From Meiothermus sp. (GTDB lineage Bacteria > Deinococcota > Deinococci > Deinococcales > Thermaceae), in the NCBI GenBank assembly GCA_033762915.1, contig JANRLD010000017.1:1-17799 (forward strand): 17,799 nt of DNA, written 5' to 3'. Made by a program: the position numbers and the translations under genes. The first letter of the stretch is position 1. Each line of letters opens with the position of its first letter. Under the pieces are notes generated by a model. That model did not search any database. It was not told where the DNA came from and was given only the letters and a program-made list of their open reading frames with translations. Below are positions 1-8,011 of the stretch, piece after piece.

Positions 1-355
1 TGTGGCGGTCGCCAGCGGAAGCACCATTGACCTGCGCAATGACAATTGCCGAATCTCGGTGATCCTGCCCGCCAAGCCCCGCTATAGCGCCGAGGTGCAG
101 GTCCAAAACCCCAGCGGCGAACGCCTGACCTACGACTGGACCCTTTTGGTCACCGTGAACGGCGTCGAGCGGACCCTATATGGTCAGACCGGCTCGCTCG
201 AGTCCAGCTTCGACCTCGGCCGCTACGGCAATGTCGGTCCGTCTACCAACGCCTGCCGGGTGACTGTTCGCGTCAACGCCCCCGAGGCCAGCCGCAGCAA
301 GGGTCAGACCGTTTGGAGCGGTTTTTGCACCTATAACCCCACCCAGGTCAACTGA
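1..355 (+). CDS. 3' end of a gene entering from the left; beta-rich, Cys-containing C-terminal domain, possibly a paralogue of the adjacent S8 lipoprotein
   Basis: Open frame from the window edge to TGA 353-355 with GC3-rich codons. AEVQVQNPSGERLTYDWTL resembles ATATIYNPDNAPLNLSWTL in the C-terminal domain of 606..3080. The start lies outside the window. Confidence 0.75.
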   Translation, partial: VAVASGSTIDLRNDNCRISVILPAKPRYSAEVQVQNPSGERLTYDWTLLVTVNGVERTLYGQTGSLESSFDLGRYGNVGPSTNACRVTVRVNAPEASRSKGQTVWSGFCTYNPTQVN

Positions 356-369
356 TTCGCGGTTTCCAC

Positions 370-408
370 GGGTACTCGGTACGGCGCTGTTTGCCATACC
401 GAGTACTC
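370..408 (+). terminator. Stem-loop after the first gene (terminator or mRNA stabiliser)
   Basis: GGGTACTCGGTA(C)GGC-gctgttt-GCC(A)TACCGAGTACTC, about 15 bp stem starting 15 nt after the stop. No U-tract. Confidence 0.55.
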
Positions 409-490
409 CCACAGGCAACCACCACAACCTTTTGGCGCGGCCGGAACCGGTGCGAGGAGTGAGTTTGTGAAACAGCGGAAAGGGAGCAGG

Positions 491-523
491 GTAACGCAAG
501 AGTAACGTTGGAAGGACTAGGAT
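491..523 (+). promoter_or_regulatory. Putative activator-dependent promoter: GTAACG-N5-GTAACG-N10-TAGGAT
   Basis: Perfect 6-mer direct repeat at 491-496 and 502-507 (11-bp period), with a TANNNT -10-like hexamer at 518-523. The same geometry recurs at 6371-6403. Confidence 0.55.
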
Positions 524-605
524 GGTTTTGATTGGGGTGAAAAATGAAAAACCATATCGGCAGGGGAGGGTACCGGTGTTGTTGCGAAACTGAGATGCGG
601 GCTCC

Positions 606-3080
606 ATGCGCTCGTTCGGGGGTGAGGGCGTGAGGGCTTTTTGGGTGGGCCTGACACTGCTGGCGCTGGCCCTGACGGCCTGCAGCGGGCCACGCGGCGA
701 GGTGCCGGTCTCGACGGTAAAGCTCGAGCCCTCCTTGAAGCCCGCAGTCTCAGAGATAGACGGAATCAACGGCGGTCCGCCGCGTCCGGTTACCACCCTC
801 AGCGACCAGAACGGCAGCCAGGTGGACTTCGTGCAAAACGAGCTGATCGTGATCACCGGAGACCGGCCGGGGCTCGACGCCCTGCTGGCCCGCTGGAACG
901 GGCAGATTCTGGACTCCATAGACCTGTCTGCGCTTGGCGTGCCCGAGGCCAAGCCGGTCTACCTGATCCGGGTGAATGCCGCCAACGCAGACACCGCCAA
1001 GCTTGCCGAAGACCTCAAAAAGATTGCCCCCAACGTCCGCTCCGACCTCAGGCTGGGCAGCCAGGAGGGCCTCAACCTCCTGGCGGTGCAGGCCAGGGAG
1101 GCTGCCGCCGGTGCGCTGCTGACCCCCAACTGGGTCTGGCAGCCGACGGGCCTCGAGTTCGGCCCGGTCAACGAGTCGCCCAACGGCGACAGCGATGCGG
1201 GCAACGGGATGAACTATGCCCCCGACGCCTACACCTGGCCCTACATGCGCGAGGGTGGGCCGCAAAACATCGGGGTCACTCGAGCCTGGACGGCCCTCTC
1301 GCTGGCCGGCCGGCTGGGCAACAAAGTCCCTATCGCCATCCTCGACGGCGGCTTCCAGACCAACGCCGACCTGCCCGACACCACCAACCTGGGCGGCTGG
1401 AACCTCACCAACCCCTCCAACTGCTCTGGGGGCAGCTCCTGCCCCTGGCACGGAACCGGCACCGCCCTCACCGCATTCGGGGCTGCCGACAACGGCTTCG
1501 GAGTGGCGGGGGTGGCCGGGCCAGTGGCCCGGCGGATCTTGGTCCACGGCAAGTTCGACGCCTGGTCGGCGATGTTTCAGGTGGCTGCCCTCAGCCAACT
1601 CGACGCCACCCGCCCCAAAGTGGTCAACATGAGCTTCGCGGGCAACTACCCAGCGGTGGCGGCCGCAGCGGCCTCGGTGCCCATGAACATCTTTACCTCG
1701 GCCATCCGCAAGGCCGGAATCCTGATCGTGGCAGCGGCGGGCAACGACAACCTCGACCTCTCGGAGGAGGACTGCTTCATCGTCTGCTGGGCCAAGCGCT
1801 CCTTCTACCCCTGCGAGCTGAACAACGTGCTCTGTGTGGGTGGGATCGCCCGAAACAGCCGGGTGCGGGCCTCGTTCTCCAACTACCGGGGCAAGGTGGA
1901 CATCTACGGCCCTGGAACCGTCTGGGCACCCGAGAATAACGTCACCAGCGGCAAGATGCGCCTGGTGAACGGCACCAGCGTGGCTTCTCCCTTCGTGGCA
2001 GGGGTGGCGGGGTTGATCTGGGCGGCCAACCCGGGCCTTGGCGCCGACGACGTAGAGCGCATCCTGCTCGAGACCGCCCATACCAACAACGGCGATGGGG
2101 TGGTGGGCCGGGTGGTGAATGCGGCGGCTGCGGTGGGGCGGGCCTTGGGCAGTGTGCCGCCCACCATCCGGCTAGGGCCGAACCCCGGCGAGGCCGGCCT
2201 GCGTCTCTCGAAGCGGCTCTATTCGATCAGCCCCAACCCTCTGGCCAACGAGCTGTTCAGCGTCTACCACCTCGAGGCCGAGCGCGACATCAACGCGGTG
2301 AGCGTGCGGGTCAGTAGCGACCGCGATGGCCAACTGGGCAACCCCTTCACCTTCAATACCCCCGGCCCACGCCTCCTCACCATCACGGCTACCACTGGCG
2401 GCCAGACCAGCCAGGCATTTCTCAACGTCAATGTTGTCAACGCCCCGCCCAGCATCACTAACCTCACCGCCCCCGAAACGGTAGGGCTGCTCGAGGGCTG
2501 GGCGCCAATCACTCCGGTGGTCGCCACCGACCCCAACGAACCGGGCGGAGTGCTTCCCTGCAACAGGGTGCGCTGGAGCGTGCAGGGCAGCGACCTACTA
2601 CAAAACACCACCGGCTGCGACAATTTCGTGGTCTTCTCCGAACAGGGCACCCGCACCGTTACCGTCACCGCCACCGACCCCGAGGGAGCCTCTACCAGCC
2701 GCACCCTCACCGTGACGGTGGGGCCTCGCCCGGCCCAGATCCGCCCCAGCGTGAGCGACTTCGTGGTGCGGGATAGCACAGGCGCAGTGCTGCAAGACCG
2801 GGCGAGTATCGGCGGCTTCCGCACCCAGTGCCCACTCACCGCCACCGCCACCATCTACAACCCCGATAACGCCCCGCTCAACCTCTCCTGGACCCTGGAC
2901 AATGGAACCAACCTGGTCTCCGAGGCACTGCAATACCTCAACGGCGGGCAGCAAGTGCGGGTGGCCTGCGGGTCGCTCGAGGCCAGGCGCTACTTCCTGC
3001 AACTCTTCCTCCCTACCACTACCCCCACCCCCGCCAAGAAACGGTTCACCTTCGACATGGAGGCCATACCTCCGCGATAA
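606..3080 (+). CDS. S8 (subtilisin-like) serine peptidase lipoprotein with propeptide and C-terminal Ig/PKD-like domains
   Basis: Lipobox LTA-C26. Catalytic motifs AILD247GG, WH282GT, AAAGN380D (oxyanion) and NGTS458VASP. The Thr/Val-rich tail (FSEQGTRTVTVTATDPEG) is typical of PKD/Ig folds. Alternative in-frame GTG start at 630. Confidence 0.93.
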   Translation: MRSFGGEGVRAFWVGLTLLALALTACSGPRGEVPVSTVKLEPSLKPAVSEIDGINGGPPRPVTTLSDQNGSQVDFVQNELIVITGDRPGLDALLARWNGQILDSIDLSALGVPEAKPVYLIRVNAANADTAKLAEDLKKIAPNVRSDLRLGSQEGLNLLAVQAREAAAGALLTPNWVWQPTGLEFGPVNESPNGDSDAGNGMNYAPDAYTWPYMREGGPQNIGVTRAWTALSLAGRLGNKVPIAILDGGFQTNADLPDTTNLGGWNLTNPSNCSGGSSCPWHGTGTALTAFGAADNGFGVAGVAGPVARRILVHGKFDAWSAMFQVAALSQLDATRPKVVNMSFAGNYPAVAAAAASVPMNIFTSAIRKAGILIVAAAGNDNLDLSEEDCFIVCWAKRSFYPCELNNVLCVGGIARNSRVRASFSNYRGKVDIYGPGTVWAPENNVTSGKMRLVNGTSVASPFVAGVAGLIWAANPGLGADDVERILLETAHTNNGDGVVGRVVNAAAAVGRALGSVPPTIRLGPNPGEAGLRLSKRLYSISPNPLANELFSVYHLEAERDINAVSVRVSSDRDGQLGNPFTFNTPGPRLLTITATTGGQTSQAFLNVNVVNAPPSITNLTAPETVGLLEGWAPITPVVATDPNEPGGVLPCNRVRWSVQGSDLLQNTTGCDNFVVFSEQGTRTVTVTATDPEGASTSRTLTVTVGPRPAQIRPSVSDFVVRDSTGAVLQDRASIGGFRTQCPLTATATIYNPDNAPLNLSWTLDNGTNLVSEALQYLNGGQQVRVACGSLEARRYFLQLFLPTTTPTPAKKRFTFDMEAIPPR

Positions 3081-3092
3081 GGGTCGTGTCCC

Positions 3093-4955
3093 ATGTTGAA
3101 ACCTCTTCGATTGTTCGGCCTCCTACTGCTTCTGGCCGCCTGTGGCGGCGGGCAGGATCTCGCCCCGGCTGTGCCCTCGGGCCTCAAAGCCACCCCCGCC
3201 GACCGCTCGGTACGCCTCGAGTGGAACCCCAATACCGAGTCAGACCTGAAGGGCTACCTGGTCAACGTCACCTTGGCCGATGGGGTTCTCGTCAGCAACA
3301 ATCCGGTCAGCGCCCCTGCCAGCCAATTCACCGTGGAGGGCCTCAGCAATGGCACCGCCTACATGTTTCGGGTACTGGCCGAGGATCAGGCCGGTAACCG
3401 CTCGGCCTTCTCGGCTTCCCTCAGCGCGGCGGCCGGGCAGCCCAGTACCCCGCCCGCCCGCCCCACCGGCCTCAGCGCTTCGGCCCAGAGCGAACAGGTG
3501 CTGCTGACCTGGGTCAAAAACCCCGAAGCCGACCTCAAGGGCTACACCCTGTTGTATGGCGACAGCCCGGCCAGCCTTCCCCAACGCCGCAACCTCTCGG
3601 CCAGCGCTCAGAGTACGGTGGTTTCTGGCCTTGCCAACGGTACTGCGTATTACTTCGCGCTTGAGGCCGAGAACACCGCTGGGCAGAAGTCGCCCCGTAC
3701 TGAGGTCGTCTCGGCGGTCCCGCAAGCCAACCTCTCGGCCCCGGTCATCAGCAGCTACGCGATTTCCGGATACGGCACCTCGACCCAGGTTCGCCAAGGT
3801 GCGGGCGGAATCGAGGTGACATTGCAAGGCCAGCGCCTCGACACCCTGACCTCGGCCCGGCTGCTGGGCGCTTTCGACTTCACCATTCTCGAGAAGACCG
3901 CCACCACCGCCCGGCTGACGGGCGTTGTCCCGCATGGTCTTCTTCCGGGGCCGTACGCTTTGCTGGCCTTGAGCGGTGCCGGTGAGACCGCCGTGGCCGA
4001 CGCCATAGAGATCACCAAGATCACCGCCGCCAAGACCTCCCAGCTCAATCCCTCCGACACCACCGGGCTGGGAACCCCCAACCGTCCCTTCCTGACCCTA
4101 ACCCGAGCCCTCTCGGCGGCGGGGGCGGGCGATACCGTGCTGCTGGGGGTGGGTATCTACAAGGACGGCGAGAACTGGCCCACCTCCACCTCGGCCCCCA
4201 ACGTCCCGGCGGGGGTCAGCCTCGAGGGTCAGAGCAACGACCGGGGTGCGGTCTTGCTCGAGCGGCCCACCAGCCAGGCCGACCGGGTGGGCCTTAAGTT
4301 CACTGGCAGTGGTTCGGTACGAAACCTGACCGTGCGGGGCTTTACCGGTGGGATCTGGCTCAGGGCGGGCACCTTGGCGAACCGGGCGGGTGAACTGGAG
4401 GTCGAAAACATCGCCGCCATTGAAAACACCGTTGGGGTTTGGCTAGAGAATGCCCAGCGCTTTACCCTCAGCCGCAGCAGCCTCGCCACCAACACCCAAG
4501 AGGGGCTGCTCGCCGCCTCCACCGGGCAGATCGCACTCTCGCAGAGCGAGTGGTTCGGGAATGGCGTGGGTATCCGCCTGACCAACGCCTCCGCCCTGGC
4601 CTCCAGCGCCACCCTTAGCCAGCTGAGCGTCAGCGAAAGCGGCAACGACGGCATCTACTCGCTCAACGTCTCGGTAGACCTCTCCAACACCCGTTCCTTC
4701 CGCAACCGCAACAACGGACACGGACTGGTTCTGGTGGGACGCCCGGGGTTCGTCGCGCTACGGGCCGGTACGGTGCTCGAGCAAAACGACGGGGTGCAGC
4801 TCCTCGACGCCCGCGAGGCCAGCCAGGGAACGTTCAACGCCACCCGCTACTTGCTCCCTGGCTCGGATATCACCGTCGGCGCGGTGGTGGGGCCGGTCAC
4901 GCGGGGCAACTTCCTGAGCATCACCCGATCTGGGAACGCGATCCTATTTCAGTAG
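3093..4955 (+). CDS. Lipoprotein with two fibronectin type III domains, an Ig/IPT-like domain and a DUF1565-type right-handed beta-helix
   Basis: Lipobox LAA-C17. Two FN3 repeats (LxW...DLKGY...GLxNGTAYxFxxxAExxAG). GTPNRPFLTLTRAL...GDTVLLGVGIY is the typical N-cap of pectin-lyase-like beta-helices, followed by N-x-x-G-I/V coil repeats. Starts 12 nt after the S8 stop. Confidence 0.88.
   Translation: MLKPLRLFGLLLLLAACGGGQDLAPAVPSGLKATPADRSVRLEWNPNTESDLKGYLVNVTLADGVLVSNNPVSAPASQFTVEGLSNGTAYMFRVLAEDQAGNRSAFSASLSAAAGQPSTPPARPTGLSASAQSEQVLLTWVKNPEADLKGYTLLYGDSPASLPQRRNLSASAQSTVVSGLANGTAYYFALEAENTAGQKSPRTEVVSAVPQANLSAPVISSYAISGYGTSTQVRQGAGGIEVTLQGQRLDTLTSARLLGAFDFTILEKTATTARLTGVVPHGLLPGPYALLALSGAGETAVADAIEITKITAAKTSQLNPSDTTGLGTPNRPFLTLTRALSAAGAGDTVLLGVGIYKDGENWPTSTSAPNVPAGVSLEGQSNDRGAVLLERPTSQADRVGLKFTGSGSVRNLTVRGFTGGIWLRAGTLANRAGELEVENIAAIENTVGVWLENAQRFTLSRSSLATNTQEGLLAASTGQIALSQSEWFGNGVGIRLTNASALASSATLSQLSVSESGNDGIYSLNVSVDLSNTRSFRNRNNGHGLVLVGRPGFVALRAGTVLEQNDGVQLLDAREASQGTFNATRYLLPGSDITVGAVVGPVTRGNFLSITRSGNAILFQ
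3165..3722 (+). repeat. Tandem intragenic FN3 duplication
   Basis: PAVPSGLKA..LEWNPNTESDLKGY..GLSNGTAYMFRVLAEDQAGNRS versus PARPTGLSA..LTWVKNPEADLKGY..GLANGTAYYFALEAENTAGQKS. GACCT(G/C)AAGGGCTAC is conserved at DNA level. Boundaries approximate. Confidence 0.85.
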
Positions 4956-4967
4956 AGGAGACGGGGC

Positions 4968-6149
4968 ATGATTGAACTCAAGCACGTAAGGCTCACTACG
5001 GTAGCCTTGCTATTGGCGGGCTGCGGAGGCGGGAGCGGAATCCCCTCCATCGAGTCCTTTAGCGCTACCCCCAGCCAGTTGCCGGCCGGGGGCGGTACCG
5101 TCACCCTGGCCTGGAGAGTCTCTGGCGCCAGCAGCCTTTCCATCGAGCCCAACATCGGGACGGTCAGCGGGAGCTCGCTGGTGGTGGCGGTTAACTCCAG
5201 CCGCACGTTCACCATGACCGCCCGCGGCGCCGGGGGGACGGCCACCGCCACCGCGGCGGTCGCCGTTGAGGGCAGCGTGGACACCACCGCTCCCAGCGTA
5301 TTGAGCTCCAGCCCAAGCAGCGGGGCCACCGGGGTCGGTCGTGACGCGGTGATCGCCCTGAATTTCAGCGAGCCGATGAACAAATCCACCACCCAAGGTG
5401 CTTACCAGTCCAGCAGCCCCGGAATCCGGGCCAACGAGGTGGCGTTTGAGTGGAACTCTGAGGCCACCACCCTGACCATCCGCCCCAGCGCCCCCCTGCC
5501 CTACGCTGCCGGCTCCGACCCCGCCACTCTCCAGGCCCTCAGCTTCAGCTTCAGCCTCGCCAACACCGCCACCGACCTGGCGGGCAACAAACTACTCCCT
5601 ATCAGCATTAGTTTCAAAACCCTGCGGCAGATTACCGCCCGCCTTAAAAGCGACCCGGCTCAGGATGGGAGTGTGGATGGCAGCACCGTGAACAACGGAA
5701 ACTTTGACCTGAATGTTACCACCACCAGCCGAGGATTTGTGAGCTTTAGCCTAGCGGGGTTGCCCGCTGGCTTGCAGCCCTCGAGCGTTGCCAGTGCTGC
5801 TCTTCGAATCAACGCCCAGTTCCCCATGGTCTTTTCCACCGAGCTGGTCGAACTTGAGCACCTCATTTACGGCTCGACCCTAACGGCCTCTGCTGCCACC
5901 ACCGCCGCCCTGCGCAACCTCGGCTACCTTAGCCAGGAACCTCCCATTGAGAATGCCTGGAAGACTGCCAACGTATTAACCGCAGTGCGCGATGACTTGG
6001 GTAACCGCTTGGCTCGCAGCAACCGCAGCCAGTATCGTTTGCGCTGCACGGGCTGTAGCGTGACTTTTTTCTCCGGCGAAGCTGTCGAATCTGGCGGTGA
6101 TGCTCGTTTCAAAGCGCCGGAGTTGGTGGTGGAGTTCTTGCAGCCTTAA
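4968..6149 (+). CDS. Lipoprotein with Ig-like domains (Big_5-type) and a C-terminal DNRLRE/CBM96-like domain
   Basis: SD AGAGGA and lipobox LAG-C19. DTTAPSVLSSSPSSGATGV...LNFSEPMN...ATDLAGNKL matches the Big_5 pattern. RGFVSFSLAGLP..VASAALRI..FFSGEA..PELVVEF resembles DNRLRE-type domains (by eye). Confidence 0.82.
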   Translation: MIELKHVRLTTVALLLAGCGGGSGIPSIESFSATPSQLPAGGGTVTLAWRVSGASSLSIEPNIGTVSGSSLVVAVNSSRTFTMTARGAGGTATATAAVAVEGSVDTTAPSVLSSSPSSGATGVGRDAVIALNFSEPMNKSTTQGAYQSSSPGIRANEVAFEWNSEATTLTIRPSAPLPYAAGSDPATLQALSFSFSLANTATDLAGNKLLPISISFKTLRQITARLKSDPAQDGSVDGSTVNNGNFDLNVTTTSRGFVSFSLAGLPAGLQPSSVASAALRINAQFPMVFSTELVELEHLIYGSTLTASAATTAALRNLGYLSQEPPIENAWKTANVLTAVRDDLGNRLARSNRSQYRLRCTGCSVTFFSGEAVESGGDARFKAPELVVEFLQP

Positions 6150-6259
6150 GTTGTGCCAGGGTGAACGTGCAGAACCAGCGGATACGGTAAACACCTGCCC
6201 GGCGCAATGCCTACAAACATCCGGGGAGCCATTTCGCAATTCCACCGTGGAGAAACATA
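6147..6259. mobile_element. MITE-like element, copy A (113 bp, TA at both ends)
   Basis: 6147-6172 matches the right end of copy B (reverse complement) at 20/26. The reverse complement of 6234-6259 matches the left end of copy B at 20/26. Central GGCA(A)TTGCGCC is shared at the same offset. Confidence 0.55.
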
Positions 6260-6370
6260 GGCCCACCCCTGTCAATTGGCGGCCCCTCAGTATCGTCACG
6301 ACTGCCCATGGGCCAGTGCACCTCGAGATTTGGCTGGAGATACAACCCTCCGGCGAAAGCCCACCAATTC

Positions 6371-6403
6371 CTGACCGACGACTAACCAGACTGGCTGCAT
6401 CCT
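6371..6403 (+). promoter_or_regulatory. Putative activator-dependent promoter: CTGACC-N5-CTAACC-N10-CATCCT
   Basis: 5/6 direct repeat at 6371-6376 and 6382-6387, with a -10-like hexamer at 6398-6403 and GGAGG SD at 6412-6416. Spacing is identical to 491-523. Confidence 0.45.
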
Positions 6404-6421
6404 GAGTTCATGGAGGAAGTT

Positions 6422-7870
6422 ATGAGCCAGAGAACAGGGAAGCAGCAGATGTTGGCAGCGGGCACGGCAAACCTGGCGGGACGTATTGGGCTGGGACTGA
6501 GGGCTATCGCTTTGGGAGTACTGCTGCTGGTCTCGCTGGGCGGCTGTATTGGTGGATTGGAGGAAGAACCCAAGCAGATCTTCGTCAAGGCCGACACCGG
6601 CCTGGACACCAACCCCGGGACCCTGACCCAGCCCCTCAAGACCATCAAGCGGGCCCTAGCGGTCTGGAGAACGGGCCGAGAAATCGTGCTGATCCCCTCG
6701 ATCTTTAACGAGGTCAGCGGCGAGACCTGGCCTTATGACGCGCCGGCCGGGTTGGTGATCAAGGCCACTGCCAGCGGGGTGGTGCTCGAGAGCAACACCC
6801 CCGACCTGAGCGGAAACCTGCGTCGGGTGGGCTTCAACGCCACCCAGATCCAGCTCGAGAACCTCACCTTCCGCAACTTTCAGCGTGCGCTGGTGCAGAG
6901 CACTGGAAAGCAGACCCTGGTGGGGGTCAGGTTCGAGGGCGGGGCCGACGCCCCCTATGCCCTCGAACTGTCTAAGAGCGCCGAGGCCTCTTGGAGCAAC
7001 GTTGCACTCAAAAACAGTGGCGTCCGGCTCAAGGACGCGGCGGTTCTCAGCGTGAGCGGCGCTGCCTTCGAGGGCGATGCCCAGATCGAGGCCAGCGACG
7101 CCGCGCAGGTCAACCTCGAGAAGGCCCAGACCCCAAACGGGCCGGCCAGCACAATCTTGTTCCTGAATCAAAGCGCTAAGGCCAGTCTCAAACAGTCGAC
7201 GCTGACCAGCCTCCGCAATGTGGCCTACGTCAACAGCTCCGCCCAGTTGACCGTCGAGAACGGCAACCTCACCTCCACACAGTCCTCGGCCATCCGCATA
7301 GATGGCGGTAGCCTGAGCCTGAAGGGCGGCTATATCTCGGGCCCGCAGCGCTACGCCGTAGAGGCCTCCAACAACGGGACTTCGGTGAGCGTGAGCATAG
7401 ACGGAACCGGCCTCTACGGCCAGTACGCCGGTGTAAATATGTACCGGGGTAGCCTTCAGGTCAAGGGTGCCCGCATCGCCACCCAGCGCGAGGCCATTCG
7501 GATCCGGGGATGGGTCTATCTCAACCTACGCGACAGCACCCTCGAGACCAGCGGCGACAACTCCAACCTGCTTTACATCGACACCAACGGTCAGGCTGCT
7601 GCACTGGGAACCACCGACCTGGGCAGCGCAGCCTCCCCGGGCAACAACGTCTTCAAAAACACCTCGGGCAGTGCCAGCATCCGCAGTTTGGTGTACATCC
7701 TTCCCGGCAGCGGCACCACCCTCCAGGTTCCCGCCAGGGGCAACACCTGGATCGCCAACGAACAAGGCGCCAACAGCACCGGTCAGTACCCGGCGGGTGT
7801 AAACGTCAGCGGCCCCACCCCCTCGGGCAAGAACTTCTACCTGGGATCCGGGGCCTCGATGAGCTTCTAA
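6422..7870 (+). CDS. DUF1565-type right-handed beta-helix lipoprotein
   Basis: Start chosen at ATG 6422 because GGAGG lies 5 nt upstream (the ORF track begins at 6410). Lipobox LGG-C. IFVKADTGLDTNPGTLTQPLKTIKRAL N-cap, beta-helix coil repeats and a DLGSAASPGNNVF motif near the C-terminus. Confidence 0.85.
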   Translation: MSQRTGKQQMLAAGTANLAGRIGLGLRAIALGVLLLVSLGGCIGGLEEEPKQIFVKADTGLDTNPGTLTQPLKTIKRALAVWRTGREIVLIPSIFNEVSGETWPYDAPAGLVIKATASGVVLESNTPDLSGNLRRVGFNATQIQLENLTFRNFQRALVQSTGKQTLVGVRFEGGADAPYALELSKSAEASWSNVALKNSGVRLKDAAVLSVSGAAFEGDAQIEASDAAQVNLEKAQTPNGPASTILFLNQSAKASLKQSTLTSLRNVAYVNSSAQLTVENGNLTSTQSSAIRIDGGSLSLKGGYISGPQRYAVEASNNGTSVSVSIDGTGLYGQYAGVNMYRGSLQVKGARIATQREAIRIRGWVYLNLRDSTLETSGDNSNLLYIDTNGQAAALGTTDLGSAASPGNNVFKNTSGSASIRSLVYILPGSGTTLQVPARGNTWIANEQGANSTGQYPAGVNVSGPTPSGKNFYLGSGASMSF

Positions 7871-7989
7871 GTATCTCCATAGTGGAATTGCAGCATCCGC
7901 ACTCACCGATAGATCGGGCAATTGCGCCCACAAACCGCTCGCTGATGAGGCTGAGCTGAAGTCCTGCAATCTCACTATGGCGCAACTTA
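7868..7989. mobile_element. MITE-like element, copy B (122 bp, 26-bp imperfect terminal inverted repeats, TA at both ends)
   Basis: TAAGTATCTCCATAGTGGAATTGCAG (7868-7893) versus the reverse complement of 7964-7989, TAAGTTGCGCCATAGTGAGATTGCAG: 21/26 identical. No coding capacity. Confidence 0.6.
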
Positions 7990-8011
7990 ACCTGCCTCCA
8001 AGACTCCATCA

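Noticed and set aside
176..2854. Long alternative-frame and antisense ORFs over the S8 gene (e.g. 641..1939 +, 750..2081 -, 176..952 -)
   Set aside because: Typical high-GC shadow ORFs with Arg/Pro/Gly-rich composition and no motifs. The same applies to shadows over the GH13, tpiA and pgk genes.
6097..6405. 102-aa ORF spanning the intergenic region
   Set aside because: It runs through the MITE-like element and promoter, and has no SD, atypical codon usage and no motifs.
7887..7970. Hammerhead ribozyme-like core (CTGATGA...GAA with an AUC site in register with the outer stem)
   Set aside because: GAAG replaces the required GAAA, stem I has only 2 bp and stem II is marginal. The homologous element at 6147-6259 lacks the core, and the outer stem is explained by the terminal inverted repeats.
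6147..7989. Integron attC interpretation of the two post-stop elements
   Set aside because: There are no RYYYAAC/GTTRRRY core sites, the two copies are in opposite orientation, and no integrase is in the window.
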